The position numbers and the translations under genes were made by a program. 64,000 nt of DNA from Octopus sinensis (taxonomy: Eukaryota). Below the pieces are notes generated by a model that saw nothing but the letters and a program-made list of their open reading frames with translations, was not told the origin of the DNA and searched no databases. Shown piece after piece: positions 1 through 12,180 of this stretch (within the stretch, counting starts at the first letter, position 1; every line of letters starts with the position of its first letter). The DNA lies in NCBI RefSeq assembly GCF_006345805.1, contig NC_042997.1, forward strand, positions 158,410,001-158,474,000, written 5' to 3'.

Positions 1-566
1 GCTATTAAGAAGTGGCATCTCAGTGACGAGGCTTCTAACAAGATTTCGTTTCTAAGCTAATGCGTTTCATTTCACTTATTGTATTTATTTGTGCAAAAGG
101 CAAGAAATTTAGGCGAAGTTTCGCTTGTCGTAGCACAAGTTTTCCGTCGATTTCCGTAAAAAACTTTTATTTTTTTACATAAGTAATGAGAGCGAAAGAG
201 ACTAAGAGGAAGCGATTTTATGACGAGGGAAGTTTGTCTTTGAAGTTACCGTCTAGGGGAAGCATTGATGTACATGTGTGTGTGTGTGTGTTTGATGGGG
301 TGTGGGAGACAGTATGTTGTGTAAGTGAAGTGCTTCTGTTAGTGTGTGTGAAGAGACAGAGAGAGTAATGTGTGAAAGAGAGAGATAACTGAAATTTTTT
401 ACTCGGTGTATGTGTATATGCCTGAATGTATGTGTGTATGTATCTGTGTATGTGTATGTATGTATGTATGGCCGATTCAATGTAATTTTTTACACATACT
501 TACACACACACACACACATACATACACACACACATGCAGACATACATATACACATACACCGAGTAA

Positions 567-614
<48 letters not shown>

Positions 615-617
<3 letters not shown>

Positions 618-900
618 TTTATAAAAATATGGTAAAGTAAAAAAATTACTTAACCACACACCGAGCTTTTTAGAAATAGCAGCCAAAAATTTGGCTGTTT
701 TCTCAACTGCAAGAAAAAGTCTCCCAGACAATGCATACTCAGAAATAATTCACATACGTATAAGAGAAAAACAACGAAAAATCACATGGATTCTCCGATA
801 TATGTTATAAAATATGGATTCTCCGATATAATTTATAAAAATATGGTAAAGTAAAAAAATTACTTTACCACACACAAAGCTTTTTAGAAATAGCAGCCAG
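615..900 (-). mobile_element. Penelope-like terminal-repeat remnant with partial tandem duplication
   Basis: Shares 'accacacaccga...ttagaaatagcag.caaaaa.ttt.ggct' with the hammerhead-bearing element at 5020-5460. About 620-690 is repeated at about 830-900. Abuts (TA)n at 572-612. Confidence 0.45.
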
Positions 901-1454
901 GTATTTATAGGTATATATGTATATACGTGTGTGTGTCTATATAGGAAACAAAAAATCACTGCTTTCAACGTCACACTAACAGATCGCAGTAACGTTTTAG
1001 ATATGAAAACAAGCAATCTCATTGGTTAAAATTCGCAGTTTTAATCTACGATTAAAGTCATAAAATAGATTTTTCTCAAATAAACTAGTTCCAACTGGCG
1101 AATAAACTAGTTCCACTCTATGAGTACACAAAGTTTCAAATTATTTAGTTAACTAGAAAGATCTGGGGTCCTGGCCACAAATTTGAAAAGATCCGACACC
1201 TATGCTACCAGCACCATAACCACTACCATCACCACCAAAAGCCAACACAAACTTCGCGAAAGTGATAAAACAAAAGACAACCATCATAAAATTCACTGAA
1301 CAAGAAATAAACAACACAAAGGCGCTTCTCACCAAGGAAGGAGACATTACATCTCTACATTCCACAACACATTTTGGAAAACACACACAAAAAACCCAAT
1401 CGTATACAAAGTTATCAACACGAAGACAAGACGACCGGAAAGTGCACCGCAGCA

Positions 1455-2737
1455 AAAAGTAGAAAAATGGCCTTGCGGCTCGGCACCTGGAGAAGCAAGC
1501 CCATTCCGTCCACCAGCGCCTCCGTCGTTGGACGCTAGACCGACGGTCCGGTCGATTTGCTTGGGGTCTGGTTTGGTCCGGACCTCCAAACGGAGAAGAA
1601 CTGGAACGATATAACGTGTAGGGTGGTCACTCTCGCCCGGCAATGGGCCGAGAGGAAGCCGTCCCCAAAAGGTCGGGTAGAGGTGCGAACACGTACATCG
1701 CTTCCGTCATCTACTACCACCTGACCGTCGTGTCTTGTCCAGACTCTACCATCACCAAACTAGATCGCATTCTCTTCCGCTTCTTATGGAAAGGAGACTT
1801 TCCGATGGTCAGGCGATCCGTTTCCCGCCAACACCCGTTAAAAGGAGGGCTGGACATCCCGTGGTTGATGCTGCGCAGACATGCACTGAGACTGCATCAT
1901 CTCCGGCTCTACATAGATGACGGTGAACAGGTGTTGTCGCCGTTTGTGGGGCGCGCTTTCCCGCAGCTCGTCTCGATGATCGAATTGCAGTCGTGAATCA
2001 AAAAGAGGCCGAGGAAGGGCGAAGTGCACCGCGAGTGCCACGTTGCTCTCAAGCAACTATGCCGTCCCGGGTCGACCTTGAGCGACTTCAATACAACCAA
2101 AGCATTCTATAGTGGATTAGTGGAGGGGAGGTACGACGACGATCTCGGGGCGAACCTAGGCGTCGACGAGCAATACCTGACCTGCCTGTTCAAGACGATT
2201 TTCGGGCCAGGACCTATGGACAACTTCCAGAGATCCATGGCCTGACAGTGCTATCGAGAAGCGCTACCCGTTCGGGATAAGCTCTACGGGCATGGTTCGA
2301 GAAACACGGGGCCGACCTACCCGAGATGTAGTCAGAGCGACGAAACCGTTCTGCACACACTCGTACCGTGTCCAACCATTTCCGACCTGTGGGCCTATGT
2401 CGAACGACTGCTATCGCGTTTGGGACGAGTCAGTTTATCAACGAGTCTATCGTGAATATTATCACGCCTCCTTCCTTGAAACGGGAAGGAAGAGCCATTT
2501 TACATCGTACTTGCAGCTATGGCGAAATAATGTGTTTGTGGGACGCGTCTAAAAGGTCTAGAGACAAACACTTTCCTCTCTGGTAAATCTCTTATCAACT
2601 TCTTGAAGTATCACTTGAAGAGGAAGGTGAGAGTAGAGGGGGAAGTTTAGTCGAGTGAATGTTTCAAAAATAGATGGGTGAATGTAGCAAGGATGGCAGG
2701 TGTGAATGACGGAGCCAGCTTGAGCATAATCCTATGA
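1455..2737 (+). pseudogene. Tx1/L1-clade LINE ORF2 3' part (post-RT region + zf-RVT-like C-terminal zinc motif), decayed
   Basis: Translation gives LLGVWFGPDL..EKNW, YIASVIYYHL...RFLWKG...KGGLDIP, and ALPVRDKL...PRCSQSDETVLHTLVPCP..SDLW. One frame runs 1643-~2450 with two TGA stops at expected Trp positions; frameshifts occur on both sides. Confidence 0.8.
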
Positions 2738-3115
2738 ACCAAAAAAAAAAAGAAAGGGAAGAAGAGAGTCACTTACTGTAATGTATATGTGTTTTTTTGT
2801 TTTGGATGACACTATTGCCCAAGGTTACCGTGGTCTTTTCCATAGGCTTTTCTTTCCACGAATAAACCTATTCTGTTTTCCCTTTTTACATTTACATTTA
2901 AAACATGTTTTAAAATATATTTTATTTTTTATTTTTTATTTATGATTGGCTTTATGTCTATCATTGTTAGAATTGCATAATAGTGGTTTTTCTCTAATTT
3001 ATATATATTATATATATTGTGAAATTTGATTTAATTGAAATTTTCCCTGTACGTTTGGGGTTATACTCCCAAATATTATATATATATGTATATATGTGTG
3101 TGTGTGTGAATGTGT

Positions 3116-3330
3116 TTTACTTTTACTTTTTTACCTGTTTCAGTCATCTGACTGCGGCCATGCTGGAGCACCACCTTTAGTCGATCAAATCTACCCCAGG
3201 ACTTATTTTTTGTAAGCCTAATACTTATTCTATCGGTCTCTTTTGCCGAACCCCTAAGTTACGAGAACGTACACATACCAGCATCGGTTATCAAGCGATG
3301 TTGGGAGGAGCACAAGCACAGGCACACAAA
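3116..3330 (-). mobile_element. SINE family A, 3' half
   Basis: Reverse complement of the 6045-6240 tail (ccagcatggccgcagtc..atgactgaaacaagtaaaa); related copy at 56746-56900. Confidence 0.8.
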
Positions 3331-3693
3331 CACACAAACACACACACCCAGACACACTCATACATACACACACATACATATATATAAACATATATATTTA
3401 TATAAACATATATATTTATTCATATATATATATAAACATATATATTTATTCAAAGCAATGAATTGTTTGCGGAAACCATGGTATGCTTTGTTTTCTGACT
3501 TTCTAATCATCTCATAATAATGACTTTTATTACTTTTATTACTACCTCAGTCCTTCTAAATGTATATATCTGTCGTTACCTTTCATAAAAAGCCTTTTCT
3601 TTTTTTATTTACAATGTGCATTTTCGTTGATTTTCATATTTTCCCCTTACATTTCCACGTGTATTTTATATTTTCTTTTTGTAACATATTTAT

Positions 3694-3726
<33 letters not shown>

Positions 3727-4013
3727 GTACGCATGTATGTATCGCGTAATAAGGATTAATAAATCTAAGCAAACACATTGTAAACACTCGGGGATTAAGT
3801 TAACTTGCAATAAAGTTTTATGGTGTGACTTGATAACATTGGTTTCGCAAGACTTTTAGATATACTTAATTTTATAATCGATCCAAAATGGACCGATTTA
3901 TAATTAGTATCATTTGCAATATCTACAAATGCTTACGAAATACAAACGATCTTTGGCTTTGTATGATGCTGTATTCAAATAAAGATGTATATGGCATTCT
4001 CCATGTTTTACGA

Positions 4014-4084
<71 letters not shown>

Positions 4085-4859
4085 TGTGTGCGTGTATATA
4101 TATGTATATATATATATATATTCATATATACATATATATATATACATATATATATGTATGTATGTATACACACGTATATACGTATGTGTTTGTGTGTGTG
4201 TAGTATTGAACAAAAGTACAGCAAATTACATTTACATACACCCAGTTCTATTTCACTTCACTGTTTATGAGATTCCTGAGATTCCCTACTAATATCGATT
4301 TGGGATTGATTTGTAATTCGTATAAGCAGATGAACATACATTTTCTGTAGTTTAGCGTAACTTTCCTCAGTTCCTGTTAGAAAAGCTAGCATACTTGCAA
4401 ATAGTTTGCATAATTATACTTTTAATTTCCATTATGGAAATGAATAATGTAGAATCTAATCTTATACATAAACCAAGGGAGTTTCTGTGTTCCTATATTT
4501 ATCATGAACTATCTTTTGCCCCAAGTTGGTAACGCAAACTTAATGTCATGTACATAAGTGATATACTTTCTAATGCTGCAGTCTATTGCAGCATTTCTTG
4601 AAATACATTTAACATATATATCAGCAATATTAACATGAAAAGACGCTTAAGTAAAATTCCCAAATAAGGAAACTTGACTGTAATGTATGTATGTATGTAT
4701 GTATATATATACATATATATATAAGACCAAAAGTGTACAAGCGCCGCTATATATATATGTATATGTAAAAAATTACAAACTGGGACAAGAACGCAAAACA
4801 TTTAGAAGACGATACAAAAAACACGGACGGGACATTCGAAGTCTTCAATCTTCAAAAAA

Positions 4860-4980
4860 TTAAGTACCTTCACTGCTACTTAATTTTTTGACCCCGCAGT
4901 GATGAAAGGGAAAGTCGACCTCGGTGGAATATGAACTCAGAACGTAGCGGTAGACGAATTACCGCTAAGCTTTTCACTCG

Positions 4981-4985
<5 letters not shown>
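4860..4985 (-). mobile_element. SINE family B fragment
   Basis: Contains 'gatgaaagggaaagtcgacctcggtggaatatgaactcagaacgtagcgg', the reverse complement of the core of 30072-30295. Confidence 0.7.
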
Positions 4986-5019
<34 letters not shown>

Positions 5020-5022
<3 letters not shown>

Positions 5023-5460
5023 ATAATAAAGGGTGAAATTAATTAATTTAGAAATAATCATTAGTTTCACCAAGTAGAGTTCGGCATGTAAAAGCCCCAT
5101 TCAAGGAAGGTTTAAGTAATACTAAGTAATTAAGGGTTTAGCAACGATTTGCCTCACCACACACCGAAATTTAGAAATAGCAGTCAAAAAGTTTTGGCTA
5201 TTATTTCTACTTAAAAGGGAGATCCCAGTAAAACCAAAGCACTTAAAAAGCAAACGACGCAGGTAAAAGAGAAAGAAATGACGAAAATCATTCTATATTA
5301 AATCACGTACGGACGTACGTTTCGGAATTAAGTCATTGCAGAGCATAAAAATTAAATAACTATGTCTTACCTGACTATTTTCCTCATCAGCGTAGGACTC
5401 TTCAATTATAAATAATTGCGTGTCAATTATTAATAATTGTGTATTAAATTTGAAGGCACT
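5020..5460 (-). mobile_element. Penelope-like terminal repeat (pLTR) fragment carrying a hammerhead ribozyme
   Basis: Contains the hammerhead at 5306-5396; 3' end abuts (TA)n at 4985-5019; partially duplicated, both directly and inverted, at 5622-5886. Confidence 0.65.
5306..5396 (-). ncRNA. Type-I hammerhead ribozyme, canonical core
   Basis: Minus strand reads cctacg-CTGATGA-ggaa...ttcc-GAAAC-GTAC-GTC-cgtacg. Stem I is cctacg/cgtacg (cgtagg in the duplicate copy), stem II has G10.1-C11.1, and the stem-III loop GUAC is palindromic. Predicted cut between 5312 and 5311. Confidence 0.8.
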
Positions 5461-5621
5461 AGAAGACATCACCTCAACTCATGGTATCAGAGCGAGCGTA
5501 AGCCATTACCAGTACCTCCAAATTCAAAGGGTGAATGAAAGTATGTCCCCATCCCCCTTCTGCCAACGTGCTGCCAAAATAAGATGCTACAGGTTTTTTT
5601 TACTAGGATGAAATACAATTA

Positions 5622-5886
5622 TCAATAATAAAGGGTGAAATTAATTAATTTAGAAATAATCATTAATTTCACCAAGTAGAGTTCGGCATGAAATTTTTAT
5701 GCTCTGCAATGACTTAATTCCGAAATGTACGTCCGTAGGTGACTTAATATAGAATGATTTTCGTCATTTCTTTCTCCTTTGCCTGCGTCGTTTGCTTTTT
5801 AAGTGCTTTGGTTTTACTGGGATCTCCCTTTTAAGTAGAAAGAATAGCCAAAACTTTTTGACTGCTATTTCTAAATTTCGGTGTGT
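5622..5886. repeat. Rearranged duplicate of the pLTR: direct copy of 5020-5088 joined to an inverted copy of 5159-5353
   Basis: 5622-5690 matches 5020-5088 with one mismatch seen; 5692-5886 is the reverse complement of 5159-5353 with a few substitutions. Confidence 0.9.
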
Positions 5887-5989
5887 CTTCTACTATAGCC
5901 TCGGGCCGACCAATGCCTTGTGAGTGGATTTGGTAGACGGAAACTGAAAGAAGCCTGTCGTATATGTATATATATATATATGTGTGTGC

Positions 5990-6029
<40 letters not shown>

Positions 6030-6240
6030 TTGTGTGTCTGTGTTTGTCTCCCTAGCATTGCTTCACAACCGTTGCTGGTGTGTTTACGTCCCCGTCACTT
6101 AGCGGTTCGGCAAAAGAGATCGATAGAATAAGTACTAGGCATAGAAAGAATAAGTCCCGGGGTCGATTTGCTCGACTAAAGCCGGCGCTCCAGCATGGCC
6201 GCAGTCAAATGACTGAAACAAGTAAAAGAGTAAAAGAGAA
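5887..6240 (+). mobile_element. SINE family A lacking its head, with internal (TA)n/(TG)n
   Basis: 'cttctactatagcctcgggccgacc...gaaactgaaagaagcc' + microsatellite + tail ending 'gtaaaagagtaaaagag'; a full copy is at 56746-57160. Confidence 0.8.
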
Positions 6241-6252
6241 TATATATATATA

Positions 6253-6390
6253 TATCTGTAAAATTAATATGTGACAATTATTCGGTATCCATGATAAAAT
6301 TCCGTGTTTCGGATGTCAGGGCGGAAACCCACGCCGCCATCTCTTCAGTTATCCGGCCATCGAATAATTGTCACATTAATTTTACAGATA
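6253..6390. mobile_element. 138-bp mini-element with ~30-bp terminal inverted repeats enclosing a hammerhead-like core
   Basis: tatctgtaaaattaat(at)gtgacaattattcg at 6253-6284 versus cgaataattgtcacattaattttacagata at 6361-6390. Confidence 0.75.
6293..6353 (-). ncRNA. Degenerate hammerhead-like motif
   Basis: gataa-CTGAAGA-gatg..gcgg/ccgc..catc-c-GAAAC-acgga-ATT-ttatc. Stem I is a perfect 5 bp; stem III has a C-A mismatch and there is one extra C before GAAAC. Confidence 0.5.
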
Positions 6391-6565
6391 AATTCCTCTA
6401 TTTACATGATATCAGGTCTCTTTCATTCCTTTGTTGTCTTACCATTCCTATCAATATATATATATGTGTGTGTGAGTGTGAGTGTGTGTGTGTGTGTGCG
6501 TGTGTGCGCGCACGCGTGTGTGTGTGAGTGTGTGTTTGTGTGTGTGTGTGTATATAATACCACTT

Positions 6566-6862
6566 GTGAAGGCACATGGCTTCGTAGTTGGATTATTTCA
6601 GCTCACGACCTTGAGTTCAATTCCCAGTGGCGCGTTTTGTACTTGAGAAAAGACTTTATTTCAAGTTGCTCTCATCTAGTCAGCTGGCAATTATGAGTAG
6701 TACATGTATTTCAAAGGGCAGGCTTTCTCACATTCTGTGCCATACTGAATCTTCCTTAGCGTACGCGTCTGTGGATCGTTCAGCCACTTACACATTAATT
6801 TCACGAGCAGGCTCTTCCGTTAATCGGATCAACTGCAACACTCGCTCTCGTAACCGACGTAA
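6566..6862 (+). mobile_element. tRNA-derived SINE, diverged
   Basis: A-box-like 'catggcttcgtagttgg', B-box-like 'gagttcaattccc', central 'ttgtacttgagaaaagactttatttca', tail 'gcaggctcttccgttaatcggatcaactg...gtaaccgacg'. Confidence 0.65.
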
Positions 6863-6992
6863 TATTAGTAATAACACTTAACTATATTAGATCAAAATAA
6901 TTTACTATGATATATAATAATGTATAACGGTTAATAAATTCATACTTTATATAACGAACTATCCCACATTAAAATATTATCCTAATAAACTT

Positions 6993-7138
6993 CTGATTTG
7001 ATTATTCTAAGACATATAAACAATATCTGATTTATCTATTCTAAGACATATAAAAACAATATCTGATTTGTCTATTCTAAGACATATAAACACAATATCT
7101 GATTTATCTGTTGTCAGACATATAAACATAATATCTGC
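6993..7138. repeat. Minisatellite, ~34-36-bp unit, ~4 copies
   Basis: Repeated 'tctgatttatctattctaagacatataaacaata'. Confidence 0.85.
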
Positions 7139-9128
7139 CATTATCAAATATAATTGGGTTCTTTCTTTTTCTTCTATGACAAAATAGTGAAATGTATCGG
7201 CTTCCCCAATAAATTTTACTTTCACTAACAATAAGTTAAATATAATTCATTTTGTCAATTATAGGTGCCTACAAAATACCTTATGAAATCAACCACTGTA
7301 ATGACTATTATTAATTTTCTAAGTATTTTGGATAGAATTTATGAAAGAAGCAGTAGAATAGAAAAATTACAAAAAGAGCTTTTGGTTTTGATCTGTATTC
7401 TCATATAGCGACCGGATATCAGAGAGCTATTAATATCCGATTAATCAGGAAAATTTTTGTCTGGACGAAGAAACGTTCTTTGTTGGTACTTGCAGTTTTA
7501 TTGGCTCCAGGGAAAGATAGTGGTTTGAATTACTAATATTAAATGCCCTAAGTTTATTTGAAATCCATTAGATACAATTTTTTTAAAGATATATTTTCTT
7601 TTAATCCACTCCAGATAATATGTTATTTTTTAAAGTCCTGTCAAATTTTCAAAATAGACTCCTGTCTGGAAAGAAAATTTGATTTATGGTTTAATAAATT
7701 GTCTAGTAGTTAATGTCTCTTTACAGCTCAGGTATAGATTAGTCGACTTTGTTAGTGAATACGTAAGGAAGGGTAAAACAATTTTATTTGGTTATTTAAA
7801 GGTTAACGTAGAACATTTAGAATGTAAATGGAATTACCCATACCAGTGATTTTTGCTTCTTGGAACTGGATAATAAAATGCCTTACATTCAAGGGCCGTT
7901 CACAGACTCATCTCACTGCCTCTCCTAATTCCCATTGCAGACCTCATACTAATCACTAGCCTATCTAAATCCACAAATTTCTAGAACATCATTCCTCTAG
8001 AGATTTATCTTTGCTTCTGATTTTTTCTTCCAGCTCTTGACTTACAGCTTATTAGCAGGAACATTAACCATGATAAATACACTGGTCTCGATGGGATAAC
8101 GAAAGCCATAAACACAACGTCTTTTTCCTGGCCAAGCTAATTAAAACACAACGGGGATAACTGATCTTCTCGACGAGATCTCTAACTAACGAGACCATTG
8201 TTCAACAAATGTGATATGAATTAAGGTTATCTTGGTGTGAGGATTCCGCAAAGTTGGCAGTAATTCTCTTGGCCGTTAAGCAAATATCACCGATGATATT
8301 TGTAGGAGGAAAACTTGCAGAGTGAACATTGTATGAAAGAATTAATTCATGATTTTGCCTGAAGTATATAAACACACGCCAAAAAGTAACAGATTATTTA
8401 TGAGATTATTATAAAAGTAAAATTTGTTTTATTTAGTTTTCGAAAGATAGATTAACACTTTGAATAATACGTAGCGTTTAATTTCATACACCTCCAAAAT
8501 ATAATGGGACATTCATGCCCACTTTCGAATGTAAAAGTGAAATATATTGAGTTTTCATTTTTAATGCATGTAAATAAACTAAAATTGTTCGATAAATCAA
8601 TAATAATTTTCTTACTCATTTAAGAGTAAGGAAATGAGCAAAAGTATCAATTATTTTTTATTGCAAAAATAAGACTGCATATTTCTTATATTCATGGAAT
8701 GGAAATTAAATTATATGGAAAGTGAATTATAATTTACTGACGAGTTATGTTAGACTGAATTTAAAGTCAAATTTATATGCAAAATAATCACTGGTACAGA
8801 TATAAGAAGAATATGAAAGCGGATTACAGTCTGAGAGAAACTGAAATGAAGGCCAGCAAGTTAGTATTTTCGCTTTAACTCTGCCTGGGATTTGCTGTAA
8901 TGCAGACACTGTTGAATCACATAACTATTGTAATTTAAATTAATTTTATAGAGTAAAAATCTATTATTGGAGGTGCATTTAAAATGTGCTAGGATTATTT
9001 AACCATACCACACCTACAGTCTCTGCATATCTATATACATACATAAGGAACGCATATCATCTCTCAGTTGCTAAACGTGTGTTAAGATCTACATTTCTAA
9101 GGTTGGTTTAACTTCACATCTCAGATAT

Positions 9129-9207
9129 CTTTGTCATGCAGTTGTCCCAAGTGAACTGAGCGCATATACTTCCATAATCATTCACTTGGGACAACTGCAT
9201 GACAAAG
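9129..9207. repeat. Perfect 27-bp inverted repeat with a 25-nt spacer
   Basis: ctttgtcatgcagttgtcccaagtgaa (9129-9155) / ttcacttgggacaactgcatgacaaag (9181-9207). Confidence 0.95.
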
Positions 9208-9397
9208 GTTCATAAAGGTATTTAAATGTCCATAATTCAGTCAAGACAACTCTGTACCACCTCAGTTGAAACATATTTGTACTGTTTGCACCATCGTATT
9301 TCCACTAACTATGATGGTTTGTGTTCAATTTGAGATACAAACAAATTTAGATAGCCTGGTCTCAAAATTTCTAGTTAGGAATATCGATATGTGAATA

Positions 9398-9433
<36 letters not shown>

Positions 9434-10415
9434 TGTGTGTGTGTGTGTGTGTTGGATATCGCATGTATAGCTATTTCATAAAGGATCATTAAAATTTCTT
9501 TCAACTCGTAACCAGTTATGATCTTTATATAACTTAAACGATATCAAACTTAAATGACATTTCTCAAGCCTGCCTCATTTGATTGTACCCAAGCAAAAGG
9601 AATGCATTCGCGCACACACATGAGTGCATAGAGAAAAAGTTCCAACAAAAGTGTAGCCCTTATTGAGGAAGGAGTGTTCGTTTTATATACGGCTTTGACT
9701 TGATGGAGCAAACTGATGACCCAAGGCTCCCCAATCCTGACCAAACTGTATATAGGATTACATATTCCAATTCTTATCCAATTTATATTTTTTACGACAC
9801 GAGGGTGTGCTATGAGAAATATTCTAGATATTGTTAGCATGCAAACTATTTCTACTACAAAACCCTTAAATCATTTTCTCATCTTATCGCGATACATACT
9901 TACCTAGTCCGTTTATATGGAAAACGTTCCATTTTTATGGCGCTATCCCGTTTTTATATCACTTTGTGCTACGTGTAGGAGTTCCGTATGATTGAAAGTG
10001 TCTTATCAACTTGTACTATTAAGTTTAAATCTCTATGCGTTAATAGCATGAGAAAAGATGATTTCTACGTATTAAAGACGCTCTTAAATACATTTCCAGA
10101 AGGCAAATACATGAAGTAGTGTCTCAGTAGACTATCAAATGGTGAGTCTCATACAAAATTATCTTATTTACTATTCTTATAATATTATACTACAAGTCTG
10201 GAGAGACGTATTCGTAGTTGCCGAAAGAAAACAATTTAGCAAAATAGCCTGTCTTTTGAATAATGATATATATTGCTGTTATATTTCTAACCATAAATAT
10301 ATGCATGAAGAATGATTTGTTGTATGGCTTTAAGATTCTCACACAGATGGAAAGATAACGAAGAAAATGAGTGATGCGCTAAAGTTCGATATATGTGTAC
10401 GTGTGTCTCCGTGCT

Positions 10416-10457
<42 letters not shown>

Positions 10458-10619
10458 CGTGTATGTGTGTGTGTGTGTGTATGTGTGTGTGTGTGTATGT
10501 GTTTATGTGTGTGTGTTTATGCCGAGTTATAATAAATACAATTTTACCGTAACATGAATGATGATCGAATAATTTTGTAAAGTTAATTTTTTTGTACTGT
10601 CAGTGACTTCGAAAGAAAT

Positions 10620-12180
10620 CAGCAAAAAACATGGGCAACTGGAAGACCCCGGGACCAGATGGAATTCAAAGCTACTGGACCAAAAGATTTGGAGAATATC
10701 ATTCACGAATAGCTGCAGAACTCAAAACTTTGCTACTTGCCGAACAAGTAACACCTCAGTGGTAGAAAATGAGTAGGAGAGTGCTGTGCTTGAAAAACAT
10801 CGAAAAAGGCAATACGGTAGACAATTAGACGCCGATAGCCTACTTGCCTCTTATGTGGAAACTATTGAATAGAAGAGTCGCAGAGTCAATTTACAGACAT
10901 CTGGAAAAAATGGAGTCCTGCCACATAAGCAAAAGGGGTGCTAGCTAAATGCAGAGTACCAAGGATCAATTTCTGGTAGCCAAACTATAATTATAGACTG
11001 CAAGAGGAGGAAAACTAACTTAACCATGACATGGATCGATTATCATAAGGTATGCGATACGATCCCACATTCTTGGATTATGGAATGTATGAACCTATTT
11101 ACTATTGCATTGAATGTTGAACGATTGCTTGGAAAAATTATGGCGAAGTGGAGGACGGAAATGACAGCACATGATAAAGTTTAGGAACAATAAGAGATCA
11201 GGAGAGGCAACTTCCAAGGAAACTGCCTGGCCCCACTGATCGTTGTACCGTGCATGATACAATTAACACTGATTCTCAGGAAAGCAAAGTCTGGGTATGT
11301 ATTCAATAGTCGCCAACAAAAAGTCAAACATTTGTTATTCATGGATGACATCAAACTTTATGGTAGAGATGAATCCCAAGGCTTGTTGATACAGTTTACA
11401 CTTTTGGTGCTGATATCAGAATGAAGTTTGGACTGAAAAAGTGTGGTGTGTTAGTCTTGAAGAGAGGCAAAATTAAATGTATGGACGGGCTAGAAGCAGA
11501 TAGAAGAGACGGGCTATATGTACTTGGGGATATTGGAAATGGATAAATTGAAAGAAATGACATAAAAATTTAAGGTAGTGTACTTGCGCAGACTGAAGCT
11601 GATCCTTTAGTCGAAATTACACGTACCGAATAAGATTGAAGCTACCATTGGACACTTTGCAACAAGTATGGACTTGACAGAGCAAAAAAGTGGTATCGAA
11701 AATGATAATGCAAAGAACCAATGGGATTTTATGTTTCAGTGCGACCATGAGATAGAGAATAGGAAACCAGACATAGTGTTAATTGAGTAAAGAAGCAAAC
11801 TATGCTGGATCATAGATATAGCATGCCCAGCTGATAACAAGGTATGGGATAAGGAAGAAAGTAAAGTACATAGATACGACAGATTGCTTAGTTTAAGCAG
11901 TTGTGGTCGCTGAAAAAAATGGTAGGAGTACCAAAATTTCTCGAAGCCCTGGGAAGAGTGGGTAAACATCTTAATAATTACATGGAACGAATAAGGGCTG
12001 CAATAAGCGTGGAGCACTTGCAGACAACAGCACTGCTTGGAACCGCTCGAATACTCCAGATGTGCTCGAAAAATTAAGAACGTTATCTTAGTTCACTGGT
12101 AGTGAACAGCTGATACTGTAGTACATTTCCAGCGTTAGAAGCTGTACAAAGACAATATAATAATAATAATAATAACAACA
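10620..12180 (+). pseudogene. R4/Dong-type LINE, decayed, 5'-truncated and internally deleted
   Basis: Recognisable motifs WKTPGPDGIQ, RPIAYLPLMWKLL, WIDY.KVCDTIPHSWI, HLLFMDDIKLYG, WDF.FQCDHEIENRKPDIV, AAISVEHLQTTALLGTARI; ends in an (AAT)n tail. Confidence 0.85.

Noticed and set aside
1643-2453. In-frame TGA codons at Trp positions (also at 12943-12945), suggesting UGA=Trp recoding or selenocysteine read-through
   Set aside because: The elements also have frameshifts, an equivalent Trp position in the R4 element became TAG, and TGG is one substitution from a stop. Ordinary pseudogene decay explains it.
6993-7138. CRISPR-like array
   Set aside because: Units are directly tandem with no unique spacers, the context is eukaryotic, and there are no cas genes.
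7830-8340. Possible additional LINE RT remnant
   Set aside because: Only faint motif echoes across many frameshifts; too weak to call without a profile search.
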